Source: Eledone cirrhosa (lineage: Eukaryota). From it: a stretch of 64,000 nucleotides of DNA. Position 1 is the first letter of the stretch, and each line of letters begins with the position of its first letter. This document shows positions 61,619 to 64,000 of the stretch, piece after piece. The position numbers were made by a program, and so were the translations under genes. The DNA is taken from the NCBI GenBank assembly GCA_964016885.1, contig OZ024742.1, positions 138,942,001 through 139,006,000 on the forward strand, given 5' to 3'. The notes below the pieces were generated by a model. It was not told where the DNA came from. It saw only the letters and a program-made list of their open reading frames with translations, and did not search any database.

Positions 61619-64000
61619 ACACACAACACTACCACACTAGACACTACACACAACACTACCACACTAGACACTACACACAACACTACCACACTAGACACTA
61701 CACACAACACTACTACACTAGACACTACACACAACACTACCACACTAGACACTACACACAACACTACCTCACTAGACACTACACACAACACTACCTCACT
61801 AGACACTACACACTACACACACCACTACCTCACTAGACACTACACACAACACTACCACACTAGACACTACACACAACACTACCACACTAGACACTACTCA
61901 CAACACTACCTCACTAGACACTACCACACTAGACACTACACACAACACTACCACACTAGACACTACACACAACACTACCACACTAGACACTACACACAAC
62001 ACTACCTCACTAGACACTACACACAACACTACCACACTAGACACTACACACAACACTACCACACTAGACACTACACACAACACTACCACACTAGACACTA
62101 CACACAACACTACCTCACTAGACACTACCACACTAGACACTACACACAACACTACCACACTAGACACTACACACAACACTACCACACTAGACACTACACA
62201 CAACACTACCTCACTAGACACTACACACAACACTACCACACTAGACACTACACTACCTCACTAGACACTACCACACTAGACACTACACTACCACACTACC
62301 ACACTAGACACTACACACAACACTACCACACTAGACACTACACTACCACACTAGACACTACACACAACACTACCTCACTAGACACTACCACACTAGACAC
62401 TACACACAACACTACTACACTAGACACTACACACAACACTACCACACTAGACACTACACACAACACTACCTCACTAGACACTACACACAACACTACCTCA
62501 CTAGACACTACACACACCACTACCTCACTAGACACTACACACAACACTACCACACTAGACACTACACACAACACTACCTCACTAGACACTACACACAACA
62601 CTACCACACTAGACACTACACACAACACTACCACACTAGACACTACACACAACACTACCACACTAGACACTACACACAACACTACCACACTAGACACTAC
62701 ACACAACACTACCTCACTAGACACTACCACACTAGACACTACACACAACACTACCACACTAGACACTACACACAACACTACCACACTAGACACTACACAC
62801 AACACTACCTCACTAGACACTACACACAACACTACCACACTAGACACAACACTACCTCACTAGACACTACACTACCTCACTAGACACTACACTACCACAC
62901 TACCACACTAGACACTACACACAACACTACCACACTAGACACTACACTACCACACTAGACACTACACACAACACTACCTCACTAGACACTACCACACTAG
63001 ACACTAAACACAACACTACCACACTAGACACTACACACAACACTACCACACTAGACACTACACACAACACTACCTCACTAGACACTACACACAACACTAC
63101 CACACTAGACACAACACTACCTCACTAGACACTACATACTAGACACTACACACTACACTACCACACTAGACACTACACACTACACACACCACTACCTCAC
63201 TAGACACTACACACTACACACACCACTACCTCACTAGACACTACACACTACACACACCACTACCTCACTAGACACTACACACTACACACACCACTACCTC
63301 ACTAGACACTACACACTACACACACCACTACCTCACTAGACACTACACACTACACACACCACTACCTCACTAGACACTACACACTACACACAACACTACC
63401 ACACTAGACACTACACACAACACTACCTCACTAGACACTACACACAACACTACCACACTAGACACTACACACAACACTACCACACTAGACACTACACACA
63501 ACACTACCACACTACACACAACACTACCACACTAGACACTACACACAACACTACCACACTACACACAACACTACCACACTAGACACTACACACAACACTA
63601 CCACACTAGACACTACACACAACACTACCTCACTAGACACTACACACAACACTACCACACTAGACACTACACACAACACTACCACACTAGACACTACACA
63701 CAACACTACCACACTACACACAACACTACCTCACTAGACACTACACACAACACTACCACACTAGACACTACACTACCACACTAGACACTACACACAACAC
63801 TACCTCACTAGACACTACCACACTAGACACTACACACAACACTACCACACTAGACACTACACACAACACTACCACACTAGACACTACACACAACACTACC
63901 TCACTAGACACTACACACAACACTACCACACTAGACACAACACTACCTCACTAGACACTACATACTAGACACTACACACTACACTACCACACTAGACACT
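61619..64000. repeat. Intronic 24-bp satellite array (ACACAACACTACC(A/T)CACTAGACACT), >2.3 kb, runs off the window
   Basis: About 100 units with CCAC/CCTC variants and shortened 15-20 bp units; explains the TQHYHTRHY and VVLCVVSS ORFs. Confidence 0.95.

Noticed and set aside
61576-62847. Long repetitive ORFs (TQHYHTRHY / VVLCVVSS)
   Set aside because: Frame-preserving translation of a 24-bp satellite within an intron; no splice or start context

Overview
AT-rich, repeat-dense eukaryotic DNA. The SINE/RTE/Helentron/Penelope repertoire and (CAT)n-tailed elements look like an octopus (cephalopod) genome; this is an inference. Two intron-rich genes, reconstructed by hand from splice sites and reading phase, converge tail-to-tail. 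(1) On the + strand are the last 5 exons (1756-14297) of an HHIP-like (HHIPL/HIPL1-type, glucose/sorbosone-dehydrogenase beta-propeller) protein ending in a GPI-signal-like tail. (2) On the - strand are the last 17 exons (61394-23550, about 727 aa, one unbroken frame) of a protein with an ankyrin-repeat tail fused to a GH20 hexosaminidase-like fold of the bacterial GcnA-like type, whose catalytic Asp-Glu pair is missing (probable pseudoenzyme). The introns hold tRNA-derived SINEs, RTE/CR1/L1-Tx1 LINE fragments, mariner remnants, Helentron-associated elements, MITEs, minisatellites and Penelope-type hammerhead ribozyme motifs set in long inverted repeats. Nearly all ORFs in the supplied track are spurious. 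Repeat boundaries are approximate and no database search was run.
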